A DNA stretch of 47,238 nucleotides. Source: Nanobdellota archaeon (GTDB lineage: Archaea; Nanobdellota; Nanobdellia; Woesearchaeales; JACJVW01). Positions 9,421 through 19,142 of this stretch are shown in pieces. Position 1 is the stretch's first letter; the number at the start of each line of letters is the position of its first letter. The position numbers were made by a program, and so were the translations under genes. The notes beneath the pieces are model-generated. The model saw only the letters and a program-made list of their open reading frames with translations. It had not been told where the DNA came from and ran no database searches. The stretch spans positions 1 to 47,238 of the forward strand of contig JBNJGT010000003.1 of NCBI GenBank assembly GCA_051819765.1, read 5' to 3'.

Positions 9421-10122
9421 CTATTTCATAACATACTTTGGATCAGTATACACGTATCTGACTGATAACTCATCCGTTCCAAGGGTATCAAGCAACCTTT
9501 TTCCATGATCAAGTAGTTTGAATCCCTTATACACATTTTCCAAGCGCAGGACATTACCACCCTCGTGATCACAAAGAAGGATTTGAGTTCCCGCAATACG
9601 CTCTTTACCTGCTTGTGACCCATAATTGAAATGCTTCTTCTCCTCAAGTTGCGTGTCGCCGGCTCTAACTTCAAGCAGTCTGACTATCCCCTCAAGGTCA
9701 TCTAGCTGGTCCCGAGTTATTGTTACTTGTTTTTCCAAAGGATTCTCATCAATTGTTTTGAATCCACTATACGCAGCCTCATAATAGTCTCCTGGCTTCA
9801 TAGGAGGAGTGATATCCCAGACATACCCCCTATATACTGATCGTTTCGTCTCATGAACTTCCCCATCCTCATACTCATCAAATCGATATGCCGTGCCCAG
9901 ATAGCTCGCACGTGAGAAATGTTCATTAGTATAATCCACATCATTGTGAGTGATTTGATTCAAATCTACAATCGCCGGAAACCGCAAACGCTGCAATTCT
10001 CCTTCATTCATATAATTTGGATCCTCGCGAACTTTTTTCAATGCAGTCAGAGCACCTGAAGATTTCTTTATCTTCTTTCGTTTCCGGCGTCCAAATTTTG
10101 ATTTGAAATCATCCTTTGCCAT
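9421..10122 (-). CDS. Hypothetical protein with basic N-terminus
   Basis: Open frame of about 233 aa; ATG 10122 is 30 nt from a minus-strand TTTTTAAA; no family recognised. Confidence 0.7.
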   Translation of the reverse strand: MAKDDFKSKFGRRKRKKIKKSSGALTALKKVREDPNYMNEGELQRLRFPAIVDLNQITHNDVDYTNEHFSRASYLGTAYRFDEYEDGEVHETKRSVYRGYVWDITPPMKPGDYYEAAYSGFKTIDENPLEKQVTITRDQLDDLEGIVRLLEVRAGDTQLEEKKHFNYGSQAGKERIAGTQILLCDHEGGNVLRLENVYKGFKLLDHGKRLLDTLGTDELSVRYVYTDPKYVMK

Positions 10123-10226
10123 CTTAGAGAGGAACAACTAATGGTTTAAAAACATTTTGGAATGTTACTACTATAAAGTTTAATAAACTGATAAGATATT
10201 TAAATGCCAGCAACCTCCAAACAGAT

Positions 10227-12215
10227 ATGCTGGAATATCTCATAGGGTTAAGTGGAGTGGCCATGGACACAATTGACTATTCAATAAAATTTACCCTAGC
10301 AAGCAAGAACAAACCCAAAGAAAAAGAATATCCGGATTTATGGAAATCACTAGACGGCAAAATTGCATTCCTGGTGAATTTGTACGCCCCTGATGAGGAT
10401 AAGCTTGAAGAGCTGTCCTATTTACAAGAAAGAGAGAACTATAAGACATACCTTCCCTGGGTGCATCTTGCACTCAATAATGGAACAAAAAGTGACAAAG
10501 CACAGGTTCTCGAGCAAAACCCAAGGATCGGAGGAGTATACCTCTTTGGCCTGGGAAACGACAAGGCAGCAAACCTTGCCCACATCACCCAGCTACTCCC
10601 GGAATCAATCGACACAGTCGTCATAAAGGACTATTACAGCAAGATCAAGGACTTCTCGACCTTCCTCAAAGCAGTGTATGATTTCAGGGAGAGCGACGCT
10701 GCAGCCCTTGCAGTACCCATCGTTCCCAACAATGATCCGAACTGGTGCCAGAATCGCCTCCTTACAAGACTACAGGAACACGAGTATGACCTTGCCATGA
10801 ACCTCGGCCGCAGGGCACTAGGGTTATTGGGAGCCTCAACAGTCAGCGGTGCCTGCTCAGCATTCAAACGCAAAGCCTTAGAAGACTTGATTAAGCAGAA
10901 CAGCTATGACTGGATCGGTGAAGATTTCGAGAACTCAGTGCTAACCATCGGAAAAGGAAAAAAGATCTACTTCGATCCACGACCACAAGTGGTGACCACA
11001 CACTCACCCAGCAGCTACAAGCGGCTCTATCTTCAGCGAAGAGGCTGGGAACGTGCCCGCCTGAAAGTCACCAATGACAATCTGTTTACACCACTCAAGG
11101 GCCTCTGGAAGGATTTCAAGGAGAATAATACCTACAAGACACTTGCAAAAGGCCTCTCAAAAGAGAACCTCACGAATCGTGGAAAAACCGTGGGAAAAGA
11201 TGCAGCCTTTAGCTATCAATTCTATATCCAAAACTGCCTCTTTGAGACCCTCGGTATGATACCAAAAGCCTACAGTATCCCGATCATCGGTCTTGCCGCG
11301 GCAAACTTCATCGAGACAAACCTGGGCTCAAACATACTGCCCGAAACCATAAAACTCTTTCCCACCGACATCGAAGTCTCAACCAGCGCAAAGGCCTTCA
11401 AAGTATATGCGACAGGACTGGCCGCCTGGTCAGGACTCAATCTCTTTCACCTCAGCCAGAGCGATCTGCCGCACAAGAGAAAACGGATCAAGGCTGCAGC
11501 ATTATTTCCCGTGTACAAACTGGGCCTTCTAGGCCCAAGCTTTGCAGGAGCGACAAGATTCACAAAAGAATTCTATCGTATGAACATCAAAGGTGACAAG
11601 AGTGTCAACCGGTTCGAGGAATGCGCAGGATCACTTCCCATACAGATCAGATATGACGCAAACAAGACTACAGAGCTCTCCGCTGAACTGAACAGGTTCT
11701 CCGGTGACAAGCAATACTTCAACAACATCTTCTACAAGACAGATTACCACGACATCATGGTTGCAAAGCTTGACCCGGCATTCCAAAAAGCATTCAACCT
11801 GCCAGAGGCAGAATACCATGCCGCCGCAAACCTGATTAACAAGGAATTAAGCATCTATACACTCGAGGAATTCACAAGACTATTGGCACCCCAACTGTCA
11901 GTCGAAGATATCGAACTAAAACCGCAGAAATCAATCACCCAGGAAGGATGGCTTCAGAACAAGAAGAGAGCAGTCCACACACTCTACACAATCAACACCC
12001 AGGACAGGGCACAAGTATTCTACTCACAGCACAAGCGCAAGCACAAATTCACCTACCTGGGCAACACAACCCCTGCCCCACTCGAACCCCACTCATTTGA
12101 GCTGGATCTGTTATACGATGAAGATGACAATAGGTTTACCTGGTACAAGGATGAAGAAGAAATAATATCCGGTGATATCAACATTGAAGAGATATCACCA
12201 GAACCATATGCCTAA
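10227..12215 (+). CDS. Processive-type GT2 membrane glycosyltransferase (PgaC/hyaluronan/chitin synthase-like) with C-terminal extension
   Basis: KAANL, LQEHEY, SGACSAFKRKAL, GEDFE, LYLQRRGW (QxxRW-like), followed by hydrophobic segments. Confidence 0.82.
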   Translation: MLEYLIGLSGVAMDTIDYSIKFTLASKNKPKEKEYPDLWKSLDGKIAFLVNLYAPDEDKLEELSYLQERENYKTYLPWVHLALNNGTKSDKAQVLEQNPRIGGVYLFGLGNDKAANLAHITQLLPESIDTVVIKDYYSKIKDFSTFLKAVYDFRESDAAALAVPIVPNNDPNWCQNRLLTRLQEHEYDLAMNLGRRALGLLGASTVSGACSAFKRKALEDLIKQNSYDWIGEDFENSVLTIGKGKKIYFDPRPQVVTTHSPSSYKRLYLQRRGWERARLKVTNDNLFTPLKGLWKDFKENNTYKTLAKGLSKENLTNRGKTVGKDAAFSYQFYIQNCLFETLGMIPKAYSIPIIGLAAANFIETNLGSNILPETIKLFPTDIEVSTSAKAFKVYATGLAAWSGLNLFHLSQSDLPHKRKRIKAAALFPVYKLGLLGPSFAGATRFTKEFYRMNIKGDKSVNRFEECAGSLPIQIRYDANKTTELSAELNRFSGDKQYFNNIFYKTDYHDIMVAKLDPAFQKAFNLPEAEYHAAANLINKELSIYTLEEFTRLLAPQLSVEDIELKPQKSITQEGWLQNKKRAVHTLYTINTQDRAQVFYSQHKRKHKFTYLGNTTPAPLEPHSFELDLLYDEDDNRFTWYKDEEEIISGDINIEEISPEPYA

Positions 12216-13198
12216 CTGATGATCAAAGGCCGATAGACAGTCCGGTGTTTCTCAGCTGACCAGATATCAAGTCGCACACCATATTCACCTGCAGGGGCAT
12301 CCTGTGGGATCTCAAGCAAAAAGACATACGACTCTTTGTCTCCTGAATCAAAGTCACTCAGTCTTCTTTTCGGCGCAATCACACTCAACTCGGGGATTGA
12401 GACCCTGACAGTCGCTTCTTCATAATCAAAATCTCCCGTGTTTTCAAAAGCGACCCGCATATTGACAACGGTTCCCGCTTCAACTGGTTCAAGCTCTCCA
12501 CCAAGTGTGTTGAAATGTGGGACACCGATATTATCTTGGGTAGACTCCTCTTCCACATCTGCACCATCAAGGGCATAAGTACACGGCCAATTATACCGGT
12601 TGTAGACCACGTTGGTTGTATTAGGGATAGTGAAGCTGTAATTGTAGCAACCCTCGCCAACGACTTCCAAGTCGTCATCATAACTGAAGTTATTGTCCCC
12701 ATTCTGGTCGTACCTACATAAGTCGATGACTCCGTCACCATCAGTGTCATTATACCATTCATCGAAACTCTCATTGTTTGGATTTGGGACCAGATAACTG
12801 TAATCACTATCAACATAGATTGCCTCAAAGACACCATCAAAATCCATATCATAAGTATACACATCAGCAATCCCATCATCATTACTGTCGTAGTTCTTCC
12901 GATCATACAATCCGTCCTCGTTCAGGTCCGCATACCAATGATTCACAGTCTGTCGAGAATCAGGATACGTACGGGTGGTATATTCTGCATAGCAATTCCC
13001 GTCCAGATCATACTGGAAGTAATCAACGCGACCATCCTGGTCTACATCGTAATTCCATCGATCGAACTGTCGATCATCTGTTGTATCAGCATACCACGAA
13101 TCCGTGTTGCCGTCATTGTAAAGTCTGTCCTCATTCTGTTCATAGAGACCATAAACAGAAAGAGCCAGTACCACCAAAAGTATAAGCGCTTTCTTCAT
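12212..13198 (-). CDS. Secreted protein with DxDxDG Ca-binding-type repeats and a C-terminal Ig/CARDB-like domain
   Basis: MKKALILLVVLALSVYG signal; repeated WY.D.D.DG..D..YD.D.DG; VAFENTG..PQDAPAGEYGVRL; GGAGGA SD and ATGA overlap place the start at 13198. Confidence 0.8.
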   Translation of the reverse strand: MKKALILLVVLALSVYGLYEQNEDRLYNDGNTDSWYADTTDDRQFDRWNYDVDQDGRVDYFQYDLDGNCYAEYTTRTYPDSRQTVNHWYADLNEDGLYDRKNYDSNDDGIADVYTYDMDFDGVFEAIYVDSDYSYLVPNPNNESFDEWYNDTDGDGVIDLCRYDQNGDNNFSYDDDLEVVGEGCYNYSFTIPNTTNVVYNRYNWPCTYALDGADVEEESTQDNIGVPHFNTLGGELEPVEAGTVVNMRVAFENTGDFDYEEATVRVSIPELSVIAPKRRLSDFDSGDKESYVFLLEIPQDAPAGEYGVRLDIWSAEKHRTVYRPLIIS

Positions 13199-14373
13199 TG
13201 TGTCTTCCTCCATTGTTTGTATAAATCGCTTTGTTGGATAAAATCATCGGAACCTATTCCATGATACGCGACTGAAAATGAGACACCCGGCCGATCCAGC
13301 ACACCAAAAGCCTTTTGAAGTTCCCGATGACAATCATCGTAATCCTTACCAGGCACATTGAAACTGACTCGATCCCGGCTTTCCTTGTACGGGTACATCT
13401 CTTTGAATGCCTGTTGAGAGAAATCAGAGGTCTCAAACCCTGCAACAAGATGACAATCAGCATGGCTGGCATAGGCAAAGAATGGCTTGAGCCGATCGAT
13501 GATACCATCCTCCGGACCATGGATATCCCCCTCCGCAAAACTACGATAAGCAGTAACATCAATCCGATCCAGGATGTCCATCGCATGCTTGTAAAATTCC
13601 TTTTCCTTACCTTCAAACTCAAGCACCTGGTTCCACCAGGAATCAACAGTGAACGACACAATCAGATCCCGTTCACTGCCATAGGCATGATACTCCTTCA
13701 TCAACCCAAGCAATGCCCTGTTTTGCTCACGTGCCTCATCACCCTCTACATGGGAATAGAGCTCGGCATTGAAGATGATACCGCGCAACCCAGGGTCTCC
13801 ACTATTATTGAACTCAGCAATATCATCCATGATACGCTTACCGATATTCGGTTTATCCAGCACAGGATTTTTCGTCTGATCAAAATCAGTGGACACAGCC
13901 ACCATTCCCTCAAGACCAGTCGAATCAAGAAAATCACGAACCCTATCAGGGTGCTGGTTCAGGTATTCACTAGCGCGACAATAATCATTGTCATTCTTTG
14001 CAGGGTCCTTGTGTATAAAGCCAAGATAAAGCAGGTTCACATCCAAAAAATCATTGATACGGTTGAATTGGGAAAGATCATCCCGAAGTATTGTATCCTC
14101 AAGGTACCATGCCCACCTGGATGCATTGAAAGACACTTCATGTGATTCATACCCTTTCAATTCTCCTTCAGCTACAGACCGGCTCACATAAGATTCCACC
14201 TTGGTAGTATCAAGCCTTTGTTCGTTTCCGTTGCAAAAGGGGATGAATGGCAACGCCAAAAGGGCTGCTCCCACGAGATAATGTCCTGCCTTAGGCCGCT
14301 TGAACTGACCAAACCGATTCTTAAGACCCGCCATCCGGGGCTGTTTGTCCAGTTCAATATCTATATCAACCAT
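13195..14373 (-). CDS. Membrane-anchored glycoside-hydrolase-like (GH18-like TIM barrel) protein
   Basis: One TM segment (YLVGAALLALPFIPF); WAWY, VNLLYL, GIIFNAELY, SFTVDSWW, IDVTAYRSFAEG, LVAGFET, VAYH pattern. Fold is inferred. Confidence 0.6.
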   Translation of the reverse strand: MVDIDIELDKQPRMAGLKNRFGQFKRPKAGHYLVGAALLALPFIPFCNGNEQRLDTTKVESYVSRSVAEGELKGYESHEVSFNASRWAWYLEDTILRDDLSQFNRINDFLDVNLLYLGFIHKDPAKNDNDYCRASEYLNQHPDRVRDFLDSTGLEGMVAVSTDFDQTKNPVLDKPNIGKRIMDDIAEFNNSGDPGLRGIIFNAELYSHVEGDEAREQNRALLGLMKEYHAYGSERDLIVSFTVDSWWNQVLEFEGKEKEFYKHAMDILDRIDVTAYRSFAEGDIHGPEDGIIDRLKPFFAYASHADCHLVAGFETSDFSQQAFKEMYPYKESRDRVSFNVPGKDYDDCHRELQKAFGVLDRPGVSFSVAYHGIGSDDFIQQSDLYKQWRKTQ

Positions 14374-14375
14374 GG

Positions 14376-17276
14376 TTATCGTGGAAGGATACCAGCCTCA
14401 TTGCTGAGTTTCAGATAGGTCTGCCGCAAGGCATCTCTAGGAAGCTTGCCTACCTTGTGATAATTATGCTCAGGATCAGCTGCAGAATACAACATCTGGA
14501 CTTGATCAGCGACGATACTGCCAGGGACTGGCCCGTTACCATCACAGAACTCCCGTATCCCCTCGTAAAATTTGTAGGCGTTTGCGACAAGTGCATTCAC
14601 ATCCTCCTGCGGTTCGACGAGAAAAGACAAGTGTTTCGCGATATAACCCACATGCAACAAGGTCTCATCAGTGAGAGAGTCAGCCGCATCAAACAGATCT
14701 GTCCACGCGTTTGCTACCTTAGCTATGGAACGATAATTATACTGTTGACGTGGCGTATAGCGAGAGCTGTTCGGCTCAATACCAGGAATCTGGACCTCAA
14801 GATCAGGGATCTGTATCAGTTGGGATGTTATCTCCTGTACCGCGTCAAGCCCGATTCCATGAGAGTAAGCGCCATTGATGACATCCCCCGTCTTTCGCAC
14901 GTAAAGCAGCCGTGATTCGTTTCGCTCATCATTGCATTTCTTATTGAAGAATTCTAGAAAGTCCAATGCAGCAGTATAAGAGACAGCTCCATCCTCGATA
15001 GCTTCAATGTTACCAAACTCCGCCGCAGCCCTAAACAGCTTCTCAGCGTAGATACCAGCAATATCAAGTCCCTCATAGTAAGCATGCTCCGATGTGCCAA
15101 TCTTTGAGAGATCAACGGAATCAAAGGCATACTCGCTCAGATTCAATGCCTCAACACCCTGGAGTATATCGATTCTTGCTTCATCAGTGAGGTGTGGTGT
15201 CCGTGCCCGGTACTGCTGGATTGATTTCTCAAGTATGTTTGGGTTATCCTTGAACAACTGATTTGCTTCAGGTTTGAAAGCCTTGACTGCAGCAAGAATC
15301 GCATCCTCAGTCTCATAGAAATTTTCCTGCGGTGTTTTCATGATATCATTAGCAAGCTTTTCAGGTTGTAATATGCCAAGTTCAGGCTTGCCTTTGTACA
15401 CATGAGGCCGCCTCTCCATATCCACCTTTGTCTCCTGCCAGGATTCCATGACCGAATCCATACGTTCAAGCGTCTCATCCAGAGTAAGCCCCACGTTGTC
15501 CATGAATTGGACAATCTTTACCGCGGGCTTTACAAACACATTCGGAACCAGATCATACTTTTGGGATTCCAGAAAATTCTCCTGTGACATAGAATGCAGA
15601 ACCAGCCGATTGAACACCTGCTCATAGGAGTCAACCTGCCCGGGTTCCAGGGAATCCAACACAGACGCGACAGCACCAGCATACTTCTCAGGGTGCAGGT
15701 ACCCTTTCTCTGAAGGTGCAGTCTGTGCAATAAGTGCCATCGCATCAGCGATCTGGTCCAATGAATGCCCGTTCCTGCTTCCAGCCACAAGCATAAGATT
15801 CGCATTCTTCACATAATAAGCAAGCTTGTCCTTATCCGTTGCAAACTCTGCGAAATCCTCCAGAAACTCAAGGGAGTCTTTGAAGGAATAACCAGCAAGT
15901 TCTGCAGTGACTGTGAAATCAACTGCATTGTTGATCAATTCGTACGTGTAGCCCTGGATTCGTTCAAGAACGGGAAGCTGCTTGAGCTTGCTCTCGCTCG
16001 GATCAAAATCAGTGAATCCCCCTACCACCGGCAACCGTGACAGCGTCTTGAACGCCTTTCTGCACTGGGATTCCAGATCAGAATCAACTTGGAGGTCATT
16101 CATATCCGCAGTCTCATGCAGTTTATCTTTCCAGAAATTCGCCTCATTCAACGGCCTGTAACGCCCCTTGAACTGCAAGGCCTCAATATTCTCAGTGATG
16201 AACGGTACTGACATGATTGAATTATAAAAGGCAAGCGTATCAGGGGTCTTTGTGAGTTTTTTCTTGAAGACATGTTCTTGTACCATGCTTGCCTGATAGC
16301 CTTCAACAGGCATCTTGAGTGCAAGGCCAACCACAGTTTCAGGGGTGAGGTTATGGCCCTTTTCACGCAGAAAATTTCCTGCATCCTCCAAATCACTCTT
16401 CATCTCCTCGAAAGTCCAGCTGATATCCTTGCTTTCCTGTAAGGACTTCAGTCTACCATACAGCTCGCCCGCAAGCCGTGTGTAAGTGACCGGACTCTCA
16501 GCTTGCGGTACACTCTGCACCAGGATGTCAAGAACACTATTGTAATCATCATTCGCACCCCAACCGTCTGTATTGATGAGACCCTCACTATGCCGGAGTG
16601 CCTCCAGAAGTGTTTCCGGGTCATGGAACTTTTTATCCTCAGATATCTTCGAAAGATACGCAAGCCGTGTAAGCGTGGAATCCGGGTCGACCTTAGGGAA
16701 GTTGTCCACCAGGCTTGACGCAGGTTCCGAAAGTGCGCTGTACGTATCCTGCGTTCCACAGGCGTGCAGAAACCCTCGAGCGAGATCCAGCTTATCTCTC
16801 GGCCTATCCAGCACCAACTCCACAGATGAAGCCAAATCACCTACAGTCCACTTATGCTTACCATTGGGAGCAGGGGCCAGGATTTCATGATCGCTTACCA
16901 CCTCCGCAAGCGTCTGCAAGGTCACATCATGTTCATTGGCATAATCTATCAAACGACGCGTAACATCTGGTATCAGATTGTCATGCTCCAAAAAGTAACC
17001 CTTCGGAAACGTATGCACATTCAAGGCATCCGCTACATAAGCCATGAGCGTTATTTCAGTATCTCTGAATTCGGCGAACTCACCCTTATCATCCATGTAG
17101 GAATCATAATTTTCCTCAATGATCCGTTCGATCCGATTACGCTCCTGGCCGGTAACCCCAATGCTCTCTGTGATTTTTTCTGCGTTCGGTGAATACCAGA
17201 AAAAAGCCTGCGCCGGCTGTGTGGCAACTGTTGCAGCAAGTGCGGTACCAAGTAAAAGACTAGTAAATTTATTCAT
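14376..17276 (-). CDS. Large (966 aa) secreted, probably alpha-helical protein of unknown function
   Basis: Sec signal MNKFTSLLLGTALAATVATQPAQA; ATG 17276 overlaps the upstream stop; amphipathic helical patterns throughout. Confidence 0.8.
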   Translation of the reverse strand: MNKFTSLLLGTALAATVATQPAQAFFWYSPNAEKITESIGVTGQERNRIERIIEENYDSYMDDKGEFAEFRDTEITLMAYVADALNVHTFPKGYFLEHDNLIPDVTRRLIDYANEHDVTLQTLAEVVSDHEILAPAPNGKHKWTVGDLASSVELVLDRPRDKLDLARGFLHACGTQDTYSALSEPASSLVDNFPKVDPDSTLTRLAYLSKISEDKKFHDPETLLEALRHSEGLINTDGWGANDDYNSVLDILVQSVPQAESPVTYTRLAGELYGRLKSLQESKDISWTFEEMKSDLEDAGNFLREKGHNLTPETVVGLALKMPVEGYQASMVQEHVFKKKLTKTPDTLAFYNSIMSVPFITENIEALQFKGRYRPLNEANFWKDKLHETADMNDLQVDSDLESQCRKAFKTLSRLPVVGGFTDFDPSESKLKQLPVLERIQGYTYELINNAVDFTVTAELAGYSFKDSLEFLEDFAEFATDKDKLAYYVKNANLMLVAGSRNGHSLDQIADAMALIAQTAPSEKGYLHPEKYAGAVASVLDSLEPGQVDSYEQVFNRLVLHSMSQENFLESQKYDLVPNVFVKPAVKIVQFMDNVGLTLDETLERMDSVMESWQETKVDMERRPHVYKGKPELGILQPEKLANDIMKTPQENFYETEDAILAAVKAFKPEANQLFKDNPNILEKSIQQYRARTPHLTDEARIDILQGVEALNLSEYAFDSVDLSKIGTSEHAYYEGLDIAGIYAEKLFRAAAEFGNIEAIEDGAVSYTAALDFLEFFNKKCNDERNESRLLYVRKTGDVINGAYSHGIGLDAVQEITSQLIQIPDLEVQIPGIEPNSSRYTPRQQYNYRSIAKVANAWTDLFDAADSLTDETLLHVGYIAKHLSFLVEPQEDVNALVANAYKFYEGIREFCDGNGPVPGSIVADQVQMLYSAADPEHNYHKVGKLPRDALRQTYLKLSNEAGILPR

Positions 17277-18522
17277 TTCTATCCCTCTCAGTAACATCAA
17301 GTGTTCCAACTTTCAGTGGGACCTTATAATCCCACCCAAGACCAAAATAGAGACTATGCAGTGGATCCGCGTCAACATACGTATCACGTTGGAATCCAAG
17401 AATAAATTCAAGCTGGTTTTGATGATTGATTCCATTCTCATCAGCAAGACCGAGTTGTTCAGAGAAAAAAAAACCCTTTACCATGCCATCTGTGAGTGGC
17501 ACTCTGCCAAATAGTTTTCCGCCTCCTTCACTGTCGATACGCGCATCAAGCCCAAACAGATATCCCACATCCATCTTCTGGTATTCAGGCTCATGCAAGA
17601 TTTCCGGACGAAGGAAATAACTGGTGAGTGCAAGGGTGAGGATATCACGCTTGCCATAATCATCATCATATCCCAAGCCAAGGGAATTGAGAGTATTGAT
17701 TCCATTTACCTGCCCCCGTGGAAAATACTTGAACCAAGCCTCATTATGATCAGCATATCTTCCGAAGGCATGCATGTATTCAAGCCTGAGCATATCATCG
17801 AATCCGAAAGCCGTCCTAAGCGTAAGAGGATCATTCTCGATTTCCTGCAGTTCAGGAACATCATCAGGGTAATTAGGACTATTAAGGGAGAACTGCTTCT
17901 CTATACCAAGGCCGAACTGCAGGTACCTGATAAGTGTACCAAATTCAGGCTTATTGTAGGTAAGCCCATCATTACCGACCAGACCAATCTCCTCCCGATC
18001 AACAAATAGATTCGCAAAGAGGCCTGGTGTCAGAAAGAGGCTGGTCTCACGCACCGAATCATCACCATAATCCACACTACTACCAAGCATCATTAAATCA
18101 AGGCTCGGTTCAAGAGTATAGTATCGAAACACCTTTCCCCATTCTCCATCCAATTCCCTTTTATGGATTCCATCAACACCAACCTGGGCCTTTGTCAAAT
18201 CATACTCATGGTTCCCTGCAGAAGTATCAAGCTCAAATGATTCATAGCCGACTTCACCCGTTACATCGGCTTCAAAACTCTTATCCACAGATCGATAGAG
18301 TTTCCGGGTCGCCTTCGCCTCAACCCCTGTTTTCCCACCAACATGAGCCATCACATCAACCCCATACGTCGGCTCTTCGTAATGCCGGGACACCTGATAC
18401 TCTCGTTCAGGTATACGTGCCGACTCATCAACATTCATCGCATATGTATCTGCCCCGAACAGCACAGTGAGAGGCAAAATGATATGAGTACCTACAAATT
18501 TACTTAGTGACTGTTTGACCAA
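17269..18522 (-). CDS. Exported beta-strand-rich protein, outer-membrane beta-barrel-like
   Basis: TTG start with AGGAGG SD; N-terminal hydrophobic segment; many alternating-pattern strands (e.g. YLQFGLGIEKQF, YLFGLDARID, LYFGLGWDYKV). Confidence 0.6.
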   Translation of the reverse strand: MVKQSLSKFVGTHIILPLTVLFGADTYAMNVDESARIPEREYQVSRHYEEPTYGVDVMAHVGGKTGVEAKATRKLYRSVDKSFEADVTGEVGYESFELDTSAGNHEYDLTKAQVGVDGIHKRELDGEWGKVFRYYTLEPSLDLMMLGSSVDYGDDSVRETSLFLTPGLFANLFVDREEIGLVGNDGLTYNKPEFGTLIRYLQFGLGIEKQFSLNSPNYPDDVPELQEIENDPLTLRTAFGFDDMLRLEYMHAFGRYADHNEAWFKYFPRGQVNGINTLNSLGLGYDDDYGKRDILTLALTSYFLRPEILHEPEYQKMDVGYLFGLDARIDSEGGGKLFGRVPLTDGMVKGFFFSEQLGLADENGINHQNQLEFILGFQRDTYVDADPLHSLYFGLGWDYKVPLKVGTLDVTERDRNE

Positions 18523-18708
18523 GAATACCCCCTCCTTATGTATCCATCTTAAAGTAGTTAATGTTTTGGAGTAAGATTACTTTCAGATATATAAAAGTTT
18601 TCTAAAATATTCTAAAATACCCTTCAAAAACAAGGTCTCTCCCAAGTGACGAAACAGCCACAGAAACCTTTATAAAAAGCAATGCGTATAATATCTGATG
18701 GTGGAAAG

Positions 18709-19068
18709 ATGGCAAAAGTAATGGTTGTTGACGATTCAAAACTCATCAAACGGATGGTGCGTGACATTGCCGAAAAGCAACAATGCACTGTGACCGAAGC
18801 AAGCAATGCGGATGAGGCAGTCCGAAAATACAAGGATGAAAAACCTGACATGGTTTTCATGGATATCATGCTCGGGACAAAAAACGGTATCGAAGCACTC
18901 AAGGAGATCAGAGAATTCGACGAGAAAGCCATCGTGATAATCTGCACCTCAATCATAGGGCAAGAAGAGGTCATCGAAAAGGCTTACAAATTCGGGGCGA
19001 GCGAATATATAACCAAACCGTTCTCTGATGAAGAGATTGAGGATATCATCAAACGGTATAACGGCTAA
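18709..19068 (+). CDS. Single-domain CheY-like response regulator
   Basis: KVMVVDDS, PDMVFMDIML (phospho-acceptor Asp), IICTS, YITKPF; ATG 18709 follows a GGTGG SD-like sequence. Confidence 0.93.
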   Translation: MAKVMVVDDSKLIKRMVRDIAEKQQCTVTEASNADEAVRKYKDEKPDMVFMDIMLGTKNGIEALKEIREFDEKAIVIICTSIIGQEEVIEKAYKFGASEYITKPFSDEEIEDIIKRYNG

Positions 19069-19142
19069 TTTTTCGGATTTATTGAAAATCCATCATTCCC
19101 CGTATATGAAGACATATAAAATGCAAACCGCCCCTATGAGTC

